Both the position numbers and the translations under genes were made by a program. Shown here in pieces: positions 25,801 to 37,372 of a stretch of DNA of 64,000 nt. How positions within the stretch are numbered: the stretch's first letter is position 1; each line of letters begins with the position of its first letter. Source of the stretch: Octopus sinensis (Eukaryota); the NCBI RefSeq assembly GCF_006345805.1, contig NC_042997.1, positions 187,116,001 through 187,180,000 on the forward strand, written 5' to 3'. The notes below the pieces were generated by a model. It searched no databases and was not told the DNA's origin. It saw only the letters and a list, made by a program, of their open reading frames with translations.

Positions 25801-25942
25801 TCTCGCCAGACCTACCTTTCAATGTGCCAACGTTGAGGGTGCCTACCCTGAGGGTGTGGGAGGTGTGGGCCTCTGAGACCCTGGGATGAGGGGCCGCAGT
25901 GTTCTGTACCTGAAAAGAAAGCTTGCATTTGCCAGATATCAT
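22820..25942 (-). CDS. Intact RTE-clade non-LTR retrotransposon ORF (1040 aa): APE endonuclease, reverse transcriptase and PHD-type Cys/His finger
   Basis: Uninterrupted ORF. APE motifs: VGTLNVGTL, CCMQEIRW, ISAYAPQ, VAGDFNGH, SQIDYIL, HRLVVSDF. RT motifs: QFGFVPGKST, FVDMEKAFDRV, GVHQGSVLSP, LYADD. C-terminus RGRGRPRKTW...DRDLW. Confidence 0.97.
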   Translation of the reverse strand: MISGKCKLSFQVQNTAAPHPRVSEAHTSHTLRVGTLNVGTLKGRSGEIVEMLERRRVDVCCMQEIRWRGGSARVLTGKGHRYKIFWAGNTDGVGGVGIIIAEKWIDRVIEVIRVSDRILKIRIVLHNRLATIISAYAPQPGLPDGQKDSFYDTLLQTTSSTNDRDLLFVAGDFNGHVGRHAGGFHGVHGGYGYGSRNEEGTRLLEFCDANSLMVCNTNFRKPTSHLVTYRSGRHTSQIDYILARKRERWLLKNAKTFPGEECTPQHRLVVSDFRIRTKRATRRRPTWRRRVWKLKAPANGQRFRDMLLEAFDEVEVGIATHGVEDNWTFLRDNLLKAADQICGWCKVPLRPKITWWWNNIVDRAIRQKKQAWKAWKNGGSREGYQTARREARRQVYLARGEADKRKFANVLRREDERLEVFRVARQCVRENRDVVGEKCVRMEDGSLALNEDAKREAWRRHYERLLNEENEWDKESLPNVDPTEGPAIRVDSSVVAKAIRSMKTGKAPGPSGITAEMLKISGSVGYNLVTRIVNQVIHEGVIPNDWCSSILVNCYKGKGDALDTNNYRGIKLLDQVMKVTERVIAQLIRERVSLDEMQFGFVPGKSTTDAIFLVRQLQEKYLAKDKPLYLAFVDMEKAFDRVPRSLIWWSMRKLGIDEWLVRTVQAMYRDAVSKVRVGNMYTEEFKVEVGVHQGSVLSPLLFIIVLQAITEEFKTGCPWELLYADDLALIAESLSELEEKFQVWKEGLESRGLRVNLAKTKVLISRKVDNPQISSGRWPCSICRKGVGRNSIRCTQCKLWTHKRCSNVKGRLTGKIVFVCGRCSGALTSENLQKTTSVTFQGEKLEVVDSFRYLGDQVSSGGGCAESVTARIRIAWAKFRELLPLLVTKGLSLRVKGRLYDACVRTAMLHGSETWAVTAEDMRKLVRNEASMLRWMCNVSVHTRQSVSTLREMLYLRSISCGVQERRLRWYGHVARMDEDRCVRKCQSLAVEGTRGRGRPRKTWNEVVKHDLRTLGLTEEMTRDRDLWKYSVREKTRQDK

Positions 25943-26052
25943 ACTGAGACTCTAGACTACAACCTGCATAAATTTCAAAGTTTTTGCGCTATATGATCAC
26001 AATAAACCCTACATAGGGGTGCGGGGGGGATCAAGAAAGATAGAAAACAGAA

Positions 26053-26087
26053 ACTTCCGGTTCTGGTAGAGGTGTGGGAGGGCGGGG
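26053..26087 (-). promoter_or_regulatory. Putative internal Pol II promoter motifs of the RTE (ETS site CCGGAAGT and GC box)
   Basis: ACTTCCGGTT at 26053-26062 and GGGCGGGG at 26080-26087, 110-145 bp upstream of the ORF ATG. Motif match only. Confidence 0.35.
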
Positions 26088-26098
26088 TCACCTCCAAG

Positions 26099-27953
26099 GA
26101 ACAACAGGTTTTAAGTTAATACGTAGGGAATTTTCTGCGACAGAAATTACTGAACATCTAGAAACTTCGGGGTTCGATTAAAACATAATATAAATAGGAG
26201 AGAGGGAGAATATTGTAGTGAATTCTGGGGATGGAGTAACAACGGGATGACACTGAAATTAAAGGAGGAATTTAAAATGCATGACAGACAGGAAGCCATG
26301 CATACAAGATGGCGAAACAAATAATAGAGAAACGGGATTTAGGGTTACGAATCAACGCTTAAAAATGAATATGAATGACAGGTTGTAAGTTAAATTCGCT
26401 TAGCTGGTCATTTTTCGAGTCAGTGTTTTGTCAGCAAGATGTAGAATCGAGAAGAGGGACGAGATAAATCGAACACTGCTTTATAAAGAGTTAGGGATTG
26501 GGGGGGGATTATCAGGTGGAAGCATGAGGAAAGAGAGAGGGGGGAAGGAAGAGAGAGAGAGAGAGCTAAGGGACAACATGTTTAATTCGTAAGGAATTTT
26601 CTGCAACAGAAATTACTGAACATCTAGAAACTTCGGGGTTCGAGAAGAATGTAATATAAATAAGAGAGAGAGAAAATATTTCGTAGGGAATTTAGGGTAT
26701 CTTTGAACAACAGGTTTTAAGTTAATACGTAGGGAATTTTCTGCAACAGAAATTACTGAACATCTAGAAACTTCGGGGTTCGAGAAGAATGTAATATAAA
26801 TAAGAGAGAGAGAAAATATTTCGTAGGGAATTTAGGGTATCTTTGGGGAAAGGAATAACGACGAAGGAACAACAGGTTTTAAGTTAATACGTAGGGAATC
26901 TGAACATCTAGAAACTTCGGGGTTCGAGAAGAATGTAATATAAATAAGAGAGAGAGAAAATATTTCGTAGGGATTTAGGGTATCTTTGGGGAAAGGAATA
27001 ACGACGAGGAACAACAGGTTTTAAGTTAATACGTAGGGAATTTTCTGCGACAGAAATTACTGAACATCTAGGAACTTCGGGGTTCGAGGAGAACGTAATA
27101 TAAATAAGAGAGAGAGAAAATATTTCGTAGGGAATTTAGGGTATCTTTGGGGAAGGAATAACGACGAAGGAACAACAGGTTTTAAGTTAATACGTAGGGA
27201 ATCTGAACATCTAGAAACTTCGGGGTTCGAGAAGAATGTAATATAAATAAGAGAGAGAGAAAATATTTCGTAGGGAATTTAGGGTATCTTTGGGGAAAGG
27301 AATAACGACGAAGGAACAACAGGTTTTAAGTTAATACGTAGGGAATTTTCTGCGACAGAAATTACTGAACATCTAGGAACTTCGGGGTTCGAGGAGAACG
27401 TAATATAAATAAGAGAGAGAGAAAATATTTCGTAGGGAATTTAGGGTATCTTTGGGGAAAGGAATAACGACGAAGGAACAACAGGTTTTAAGTTAATACG
27501 TAGGGAATCTGAACATCTAGAAACTTCGGGGTTCGAGAAGAATGTAATATAAATAAGAGAGAGAGAAAATATTTCGTAGGGAATTTAGGGTATCTTTGAA
27601 CAACAGGTTTTAAGTTAATACGTAGGGAATTTTCTGCGACAGAAATTACTGAACATCTAGAAACTTCGGGGTTCGATTAAAACATAATATAAATAGGAGA
27701 GAGGGAGAATATTGTAGTGAATTCTGGGGATGGAGTAACAACGGGATGACACTGAAATTAAAGGAGGAATTTAAAATGCATGACAGACAGGAAGCCATGC
27801 ATACAAGATGGCGAAACAAATAATAGAGAAACGGGATTTAGGGTTACGAATCAACGCTTAAAAAATGAATATGAATGACAGGTTGTAAGTTAAATTCGCT
27901 TAGCTGGTCATTTTTCGAGTCAGTGTTTTGTCAGCAAGATGTAGAATCGAGAA
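26099..27953. repeat. Near-identical ~355 bp direct repeat (26099-26453 and 27598-27953) bracketing the monomer array
   Basis: The two blocks differ by about one base, with an offset of 1499-1500 bp. Confidence 0.95.
26585..27700. repeat. Tandem array of 8 monomers of ~140-162 bp upstream of the RTE ORF
   Basis: GAACATCTAG recurs at about 26618, 26758, 26902, 27062, 27205, 27367, 27511 and 27651, with one more at 26152. Confidence 0.95.
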
Positions 27954-28120
27954 CAAAACTATAAAAGCTAATAAACCGGATGTTGTTATAAAAGATCAGA
28001 CAAAAAAGGTGTGTTTATTAATTGTCATGAGTATTCCTTGCGATCACAATATAACAGTGAAAGAATTTGACAAGATCGGTAAATATAAAGACTTGCTAAT
28101 AAAAGTTGAAAAAAATGTAG
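27954..28120 (+). mobile_element. Decayed RLE-type LINE, right part (PD-(D/E)xK restriction-like endonuclease)
   Basis: KTIKANKPDVVIKDQTKKVCLLIVMSIPCDHNITVKEFDKIGKYKDL directly continues the left part. Confidence 0.85.
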
Positions 28121-29339
28121 CAAATGATACCAGGCTTACCATCCCTACAGGAAGTGCAGAAAATCGTGTTAATTGCAACGACTCGTGTACTGAGAAGAGC
28201 ATTATTGCTGTGAAAACAATATCCATTCATGAATTTATTTATTTATTAACTTTTTTCAAATACATATTTTACCTGTGAATTTTCGTGTGTAATATAAGGA
28301 ATGCATACAATGAGCTTCTCTGCCCTATGTGTACGGAAAACACTCGGTGAGAAATGGAAGAAAATTTGAAGAAAGAAGGAAAAACAACAGCAACAACAAC
28401 AACAACAATAATAATAGCAATAACAGTCCTTTCTACTACAGGCACAAGGGCTGGAATTTGAGGGGAGGGGGCTGGTCGATCACATCGACTCCAGTATTTA
28501 AATGGTACTTAATTTATCGACCCCACAAAAGGATGACAGGTAATTTATTGACCCCCCCCAAAGGATGAAAAGCAGAGAGACAAAGTTGGTCTCATTTGGT
28601 CTTGTTTGTTTTTGTATTTCTTATTATTGTTATATCTTTCTTAACTTTCTCCTATTTCTGTTTGTGTTAGTAATATTTTTTTTTTTTGTAGTTGGCATTA
28701 TTTTTTATGGTCACTAGTTTGTTGTTGATAAGTTTGCTGTTGATTTTGTGTACATGGGTGTTGTAGCTACAGTACAACAAAAAGCAAAATAAACAAAAGG
28801 CATAAAAAATGACAAACCAAGGATCCACTAAGTAGAAAAATCTCTGAAAGAGGAAATAAAAGGCTTCTAACAATGCAGTTAGCTTTATAAAACCTTTATA
28901 TTTCAGGTGCAAAGGCCCATCTTCAGAAGAAAAACAGTCTGGGAAATGTCCACTGCATTGTCAAAAACTTTCTATTTTTCTCTCTGTTACTTTCTCCAAT
29001 ATTACAATGCTTCAAGCAAACTACAACACTCTGAAATGGAATGTCAGCTTGAGAAAGAGAGGAAAGAAGGATTGATAATATTGGTTTCAAATTTTGGCAT
29101 GAAGCCAGTAATTTGGGGGGAGGGGTGTAAGTCATTTACATTGACCCCAGTACTTGACTGGTACTTATTTTATCGACCTTGAAATGACGAAAGGCAAAGT
29201 CAATCTTGTGGAGTTTGAACTCGAGATGCAAAGACGGATGAAATGCCACTAAGCATTTTGCTCACCGGGCTAATGATTCTGCCAGCTTGCCTCCTTAGAG
29301 GGGTTAATAATATAAAAATTGTTCTAATAATAACGTTGT

Positions 29340-31060
29340 TGATAGGGAAGAAGACAGATTTTTATAAAGCAATGGAGTAATTGATTGGGAAGAGAATCAG
29401 CTTAGATGAGGTTTAATTTGGATTTGTGCCAAGCTGTAGAACTACTTAAGTTTTTTTTAATATAGTGAGACAATTGCAAAAAAAAAATTTTAGCTTAGAA
29501 TAAAACTCTCTACTTAGCATTTGACCACCAGCTACAGATTGTGGCAACCTTTGACTGAATAGCTGGTGGTCTTTAAGAAAATTAGATGTAGATGGATGGT
29601 TTGAGAGAGTAGTGTAAGCCATGTACAGCATTGGAATCATCAAAGTGAGGAGTGACAATGAGTTCAGTGAAGGATTTAATATGCAGGTAGGTGTTCAATA
29701 AGGCTCACTTCTCAGCTCCCTCCTTTTTATTGTAGCTCTTCAGGTTGAAACAAAAGAGCTAAGCTCAAATGTTCTTGGGAACCCCTATATGCTTATGATC
29801 TAGTTCTTAACCATTTAGCATTCAGACTGCTCTGTCAGTTGTAATACTTTATTCGTTCATATTGTTTTGAATTAATAATACATTATCTCATAGCTTTGAG
29901 ATTTTGATGATGTGATTGTTTATTATTTGAATGGCATTGTTGGGTAGGTGTAAGAGATCTGATCTGGTCAGTTTGCACATAAAACAGGGAAGATATGACT
30001 AGGCTGGATACAATCAGTTAAAAGCTAAAGGGTCAAAATAGAATCTGTGAATGACTTCGAGAAGAAATTCCAGGCATGGAAGGAAAACCTCGAATTGATA
30101 AGCCTCAGAGTAGATTCAATGAAGACCAAGGCTTTTTTTAGTGAAAAGACAGGTCTCTATGGCCATTGAGGAAATTACTGCTGGGTATGCAGAAAAGGAA
30201 TTTATAAGAACTCCATACAATGTACATGATGTGAACTATGGATGCACAAGAGATGTCTTGGGATCACAGATAAATTGGTAGTGAATAAAGATTTCATATG
30301 GGCTGACGTACAGGAGTAATTAAAGCAGTAGTGATATAAAAAACATGGAAGACTTAGTAAAAGTAGTTGACAGCTTCTGTTACATAGGCAATGTTGATAG
30401 CTTCAGTTAATTAGGAAAGTTAATCAACAGTGGAAGAGGATATTCTGAGAGCATGAGGGCAAGAAGGGGAATTTTCTCTTTAAGTTGAGAGTAGATTGCA
30501 TGTTACTTGCGTGTGAAGTGAGATACTGCATGATAGTGAGATCATCATCATCATCATCATCGTTTAACGTCCGTTTTCCATGCTAGCATGGGTTGGACGG
30601 TTCGACCGGGGTCTGGGAAGACAGGAGGCTGCACCAGGCTCCAGTCTGATCTGGCAATGTTTCTACAGCTGGATGCCCTTCCTAATGCCAGCCCTTCCTG
30701 GGCACAAAATGTAGATGTGTGAAAGTTGGAGAGAAATGAAACAAGCATGATTCTCTGTGTTAGTGTGCATGAACGAGAACAATGTAGAACAGATGAGCTG
30801 AGTTTTAGGGTATGGACATGTAGTGCGTAGGGATGAAAACAGATTTGCAGTGTCAGCAAATTCAAGTGGAAGGAAACTGTGGAAGAGGAAGACCATGCAA
30901 GAGATGTGAGCAAAAATGAAGGAAAGTGATCTTAAGATGTTAAATGTTACAAAAGAGATGATAAAGGAGCATAATAAATGATGAGATGCAATATTAAAAA
31001 GAGAACTTATTCAACCCCATGCAATCTTGGCAAAGCAAATGTGAAAATGATTATATATAT
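29340..31060 (+). mobile_element. Old, heavily decayed RTE copy (RT to C-terminus) interrupted by a MITE (~29808-30035) and an RTE-tail element (~30541-30700)
   Basis: Recognisable remnants of LDEMQFGFVP, VGVHQGS.LSPLLF, the PHD finger and GRGRP. Confidence 0.8.
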
Positions 31061-31244
31061 ATATATGTATGTATGTATAGTCCTTTGAGGAATCTCTTGT
31101 TCTGTACGATTTCATAGAAAAGGAAATTTAATGACAGAGTGAATTATCTGCTTCAAATGAATAAATAAACCCCACTACATGCATTTAGTAAATTTTCTCT
31201 TGCCTATACACCCAAATTCATATCTATCATCATCACCACACCAA

Positions 31245-31271
31245 AATAATAATAATAATAATAATAATGAT

Positions 31272-31318
<47 letters not shown>

Positions 31319-31323
31319 TAAAT
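31245..31323. repeat. (AAT)n microsatellite
   Basis: Direct inspection. Confidence 0.95.
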
Positions 31324-34300
31324 CTAATTAAATAAAATAATCACCACACCTCTCCAATACTACCAGCAACTACAAAGTCTTTCAGTCCAAATTGGTTCCC
31401 CGATTGAATTACTCAAATGCTCACTAAGGTCAAATAGCTATAGAGTAGAATTTTCAGAGTTCTTGGACTCTCTCAGATCCAATTTCTTAGCTGCTTTTCT
31501 TATTTCTGTTTAGTACATTTGTCATGTCTGATTATATTGAATTAATAGCCAGTGGGGAATCTTGGTTAAATGTAACCCTTTTCAACTTTGGAATGATTGC
31601 AAAAGCTGGAAAGCATAGCACTTGGAGAAGGAGGTGATGTAAGAAGTGAAATAAAATGAAAACTGCCTCTTCAGATTGAGAATTTACAACACTATACAGA
31701 ACAGGGATCTCATTAAATGAAGCTCTATATTGCTTCTAAAAATGACTTGAAGTGATGAAGGTATGGTGAAGGAATGATGGAGGAAGCGAATACAAAATGA
31801 GAGTGATAGAGAATAAGTTTGTGATTGACGAGGAGAGAATAAATGTATGTACATGTACCCAGAATGACATTCACAGTCATATAGAGGGTTTGATCAAAAT
31901 GTTGACTAAAGTTATTTTATATTAGATGCATCTGGTGATTTGTCATCCAATATCCAAAACTAATAACCTGACTTAGATATCTTTTAAATTATGGTCCGCT
32001 GCTTGTAGATTTCATAGTAATTTTTTTAGATGATGGCATATTTTTTGCTTGGAGATTGAGATGAGTATTTTTTTTTTTCAAATTCTGTATCATAAACGAG
32101 AAGAGAATATATTTCTAGAAATGGTATCCTAAGCAGATTTTGGTATTGGCATTTTTTGTAATATTTCACTTTCTAGTGTTTAAATAGACATTTCGAAAAT
32201 AAAATGACAGAATCGCATTGAATAGAAAACAGAATCACATTGGCTATATTCCTGGAGAGCATTCTGCGTAATCTGTGTAAGTGCTACATGTGTCCATGTG
32301 TGTGTGTATATATGTGTGTGTGTATATATGTGTGTATATATGTATCAGCAAAAGAGACCGATAGAATAAGTACTAGGCTTACAAAGAATAAGTCCTGGGG
32401 TCGATTTGCTCAATTAAAGGCGGTGCTTCAGCATGGCCGCAGTCAAATGACTGAAACAAGTAAAAGAGTAAAAGAGTAATATAAATATTAGAGAGAGAGA
32501 GAGACTGGAAGAGTTCCTTAGCTATGTTACAGGTCAAACCTATTTGCATTGCTTTGCTGCTATGAGGGTGAACTACACCTTTCATCACCGGCGGCGGCGG
32601 TGGTGTCATCATCATCATCATCATCATTCTCATCATCATCAATGATTAGCTTCCACTTTCCAAGCTGGTATGGGTTACACAGTTTGACTAGCTAGAACTG
32701 GTAAGCCAGAGATCTACACTAAGTTCTAGTCTGGTTTGGCATGGTTTCTATGGCTAGATACCCTTCCTAATGCCAGTTTGGCATGGTTTCTACGGCTGGG
32801 TGCCCTTCCTAATTAATTCTGAAAATAATAAAGAATTTGCTAAAATATCTCAGTCATTATTAAGCTGGTAATTGGAACATAAACCATCATCATCATCATC
32901 ATTTAGCATCTGTCTTCCATGCTGGTATGGGTAACATGAAGTTTTAATGGGGAAACACTGATTTAGATCACTTTATATAAAAAGTTTTATTCATAGAAGC
33001 AAGAAGGGTCTTGGATGGACTGGTATCAAAAGGGTTAAGGTAGTTTCTAAAAAACTGGATATTTTCCAACAAATTGTACTGAGAGGATGTATCAGTCATC
33101 TTGGGTCTCTCTTGCTACTGGACCCTATCACCTGCACAGCAAAAATAATGATGCTGAGAAATGCACAGCATCCCCATCAGCACTATAAAGTTTCAGTATG
33201 TGGTGTCTCATCCTGCAATGAAGATAATGGATCTTAGATATGAAGGGTGGCTGTTGTAATTGTAGCAGATTAGTGTATTACATAAATCTGTGATAATGAA
33301 ACCCTGCCTCTTCTGATGCCTGAAAATTACAAGCATTTGTCAGTTTGCTTTTGAATGTGGGCTGTCATATGTAAACACACCACAGAACAGTACTGGAATG
33401 AAAATTTATTGAAAAATATTCACCCGTGCCACAAAGGATTAAAAAATTATCCTCCTCCTTGGGAAAGGGTTAAAAAAGAAAAAAACTGTCATAAGAAGGC
33501 TTGGGGAAGAATTCACATATACATCATTGCCTGTAATTTGACAGAAGCAAATTAAAAAAAAAAAACGGTATTCGGTGCTGCGTCAGTATTAATAACAATA
33601 AATCTGTAATTTGAAGGTACAAGTAGATATAATTTATTTATCAAATGTGGGAACACTGTTTAATTTCCTCTGTATATTTAAAAAAAAAAATTCTAACTTG
33701 GATTATCTGAAATCAATATACTTTGGGTTTGAAAATACACGAAAAATAACAACATAAATACCCATCCCTGCAGCTATAAGAAAATACTGACATAAGTTGT
33801 TACCTATTTGGTTGAATATCATTATTTATGTTACTTTTCCCTTCAGGATGACAAATTATCAGATGCATGCTCATGCATATTATTTGTTATATAAAAGATA
33901 TATTCCTCCTTATTCTGGCCTTTATTTTGAACAGATCCTTTACATCATAGAGCATGTAAGTTTAAACTCATACATCTATTCTCTCTGTGTCGCTTTGCTG
34001 TTTTTTTTTTCTCGTTATATCAATTTGTCTGCCCAACATTTTTTTGTAGGTTTTGAAGCAGCATAGAATATTTTATGAAAGTCTTGTTTAGTACTGTGTT
34101 GTAAATTCCTAAACTAAATAGCTGTTTGCATTCAGCTCATTTTTTACTTAATATTACAAAAAAAATGGTTAAAAAAAAATTCATGATAGGATTCAAATTT
34201 AGACGTAGAGAAATGAGACTAAAATCTCTAAGAATTTAACTCACCTACTCTCCTAACTTGTGGAGGCGCAATGGCCCAGTGGTTAGGGCAGTTGATTCGC

Positions 34301-34884
34301 TGTCAGAGGATCGTGGTTTCGATTCCCAGACTGGGCGTTGTGTGTGTTTATTGAGCGAAAACACCTAAAGCCCCACAAGGCTCCGGCAGGGGGTTGTGGC
34401 GACCCTTGTTGTACTCTTTCGACCCAACTTTCTCTCACTCTTTCTTCCTGTTTCTTGAGTAATGCTGCAATGGATTGGTGTCCTGTCCAGCTGGGGGGAA
34501 CACATATGCCATAGAAACCGGGAAACTGGGCCCATGAACCTGACTAGGCTTGAAAAGGGTGCATAAATAAATAAAATAAACTCTCCTAACTTACAGCTCT
34601 TGTCTCTGTATAGTATTAGTTTCAAGTTTTGGTACCAGGTTAGTAATTAGTAGAAAAGGGGTAAGTCAATTACATTGACCCCAGTGCTCAACTACTACTT
34701 ATTTTTCAACCCCAAAATGTTGAAAGGTGAAGGTGACCTCAGCAGAATTTGAACTCAGAATGTAGAACCAGAATAAATGCTGCAAAACATTTTGCTTTGT
34801 GTGCCAACGATTCTGCCAGTTCAGCACCCTTCTTGACTGTGTATGATATTGAGTTCACATATGTAGACACAGAGTATAATTATT

Positions 34885-35110
34885 TAAGCCTTTTGTTACT
34901 GCATTTATTTTGAGATGCTCTGTGTTTCTTTCAATTACTTTAAATATAACTAAGAATTTAGTAAAATAACTTAGTCATCATTCAGCTAGTGTTAGGAACA
35001 TAAATTGTGACTAAGGTTTGGTGGAAGATTTTAATTCAAAACTTATGAAAACAAGACATTTGTACTCAGAACCAGAGCCGGTTTCAGCCAGGTTGGTAAC
35101 AAAAGGGTTA
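34885..35110. mobile_element. piggyBac-type MITE (family F2); copies at ~57062-57285, 32815-33040 and 4170-4415
   Basis: CCTTTTGTTAC ... GTAACAAAAGGG-TTAA termini, with a near-identical internal sequence at 57.1 kb. Confidence 0.75.
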
Positions 35111-36112
35111 AAATGAACCATATATATAACTGGTATGCAGTCTGTAAGAGAAGTGGATGCAGAGTTTAGTGGTTAGGATTCTGCACTCATGATAGCAAGA
35201 TTGTGGTTATGATTCCTGAACTGGATGGTGCTTTGTGCTCTTGAGCAAGACACTTCATTTCATATTGCTTTGCAATCACTTCATTGCTTAGGGAATGTGG
35301 ATTTGATGGAGAAAATGAGCTGATGCATAGCACAAACGTTTGATCATTATGTACAAACCATCTCTGCTGATTGTTCAGCAAAATGTTGAGGAACCCACAT
35401 CTGTTGTCTCTGATTAGGAGTGTCCATCGGTTAGTATGAGGATCTTGATGTAATTGTACAACCTGCTAATACAGCAATCAAATATTCCTAAGATTACATG
35501 CTTGAATCTTTAAAAAGGAAGAGCTCAGTAGATAGTATAAAAGGATGAAAAAAAATGGGATGCTCACTGCTGGAACATCATTGGTGAAAGGTCTTCTTGA
35601 TCAAAATTGATGTGGAGCTAAACAGCAATAACAGCTGATACTTAAATGAAACAAAAACAAAGTCTACTTTGACAGGATTCAAAATTTCTGAATAGAAAGA
35701 AATTAGACTAAAAATTAGACTAAATTAGACAGAAAGAAATTAGACTAAAAATGCCTGGCAGTTCAGTTTCCAGTCAATTTCACTCTCTTGGAATATTTAT
35801 ATCAAATTTTTTTGGCACAAGGCCAGCCAACTATTTTAACAAGGCATAAGTTGATTACACCAGCCCCAGTGTTCAACTAGAATTTATTTCATCGATTCCA
35901 GAAGGATGAAAGACAAAGTTGACTGTGGCAAAATTTGGAATAAGAATGTAAAAAGCTGGAAGAAATGACTCTAAGCATTTCGTCCAATGTGCTAATGATT
36001 TTCCCCAGTTTGCCACCTTACTGTCTTGGAATATCACGAATTCCTTACTACTGGTATTTTTTATTGAGGAAGCAACATAAGTGATCAAAGCAACTTACAG
36101 GTAATCAATGTA

Positions 36113-37372
36113 TATATTTTAATGGCCCTAGAAAAATAAAAGATAAATTTAACCTGGGTGGAATTTGAACTTGGAATAAAGATGCATGAAACTAAATGTC
36201 ATAAAACATAGTCAAGTGCTCCACAATCTTTGTCAACTGGCCACCCTATTTTAGGATTGTAAAACATTAAATTGATTTCATATAACAAGGTACATGACAG
36301 CTAAGCTATTATATGAAAGGTGATATAACAGTTATAGGTGATATAACTGCTATTACAACCACTTTGGAATCAGCATTATCATTTGACATCTTTTCTATGC
36401 TTGGAATTTATTGAAGTGGATCTTATATGGCTGGGTGCACTTCCTGTTGCTAACCTTCACCTGTTTATAATTATGGTAATGTTTTCCATTGCCAAACATG
36501 TTTTTCCATGACATACAGGAAGTGAACAATATCATTTGCATGTCAACAATGCTCATTTACAACCACCATATGACAAGAGCATGCACACCACACGCATGTG
36601 CACACACTCACACACTTTTTATCTTTTACTTGTTTCAGTCATTAGACTGTGGCCATGCTGGGACACCGTCTTGAAGAATGTTTTTTTAGTCAAGTGAATT
36701 GAGCCCCCAGTACTAATTTTTTTGTTATTTTGCTAAGCCTGGAACTTATTCTATCAGTTTCTTTTGCTGAATCACTAAGTTACGGGGATGAAAGCCCCAA
36801 CACGACACACACACACATGCTGCACATACACACACTCATATACAACGGGCGTCTTCCAGTACCAAATCCATTCACAAGGCTCTGGTGCTTTGGTCAGCCT
36901 GAGGCTATAGTAGGAGACACTTTCTCAAGGTGCTGTGCAGTGGGACTGAACCCAAAACTACATGGCTGGAAAGTAAGCTTCTTAACTACACAGCCATGTC
37001 TGGTAATTAGACAATATTTGTAAACAGGTGAAGGTTGGCAACAGGAAGTGCACCCAGCCGTATAAGATCCACTTCAATAAATTCCAAGCATAGAAAAGAT
37101 GTCAAATGATAATGCTGATTCCAAAGTGGTTGTAATAGCAGTTATATCACCTATGACTGTTATACCACCTTTCATATAATAGGTTAGCTGTCATGTACCT
37201 TGTCATATGAAATCAATTTTATGTTTTACAGTCCTAAAATAGGGTGGCCAGTTGACAAAGATTGTGGAGCACTCGAATATGTTTTATGATATTTAGTTTC
37301 ATTCTTTATTCCAAGTTCAAATTCCACCCAGGTTAAATTAGTCTTTTATTTTTCTAGGGCCATTAAAATATA
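36113..37372. repeat. Long inverted duplication, arms 36113-36470 and 37018-37372, ~550 bp spacer containing a SINE
   Basis: Arms align as reverse complements end to end with scattered mismatches. Confidence 0.95.

Larger units (their letters stand above)
21992..27953 (-). mobile_element. Full inserted unit of the RTE LINE: (GAT)n tail, ~820 bp 3' UTR, ORF and ~2 kb repeat-rich 5' region
   Basis: The (GAT)n tail abuts 21992-21995. The RLE-type LINE reading frame interrupted there (ILWDFPVH) resumes at 27954 (KTIKANKPD). Confidence 0.8.

Noticed and set aside
26280-26330. GCCAT/ATGGC hairpin followed by GAAA as a hammerhead
   Set aside because: No CUGANGA upstream and no stem I or NUH arrangement.
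26099-27953. Direct repeats as LTRs, or the array as CRISPR
   Set aside because: No TG...CA termini, PBS, PPT or gag/pol between them, and the monomers lack unique spacers.
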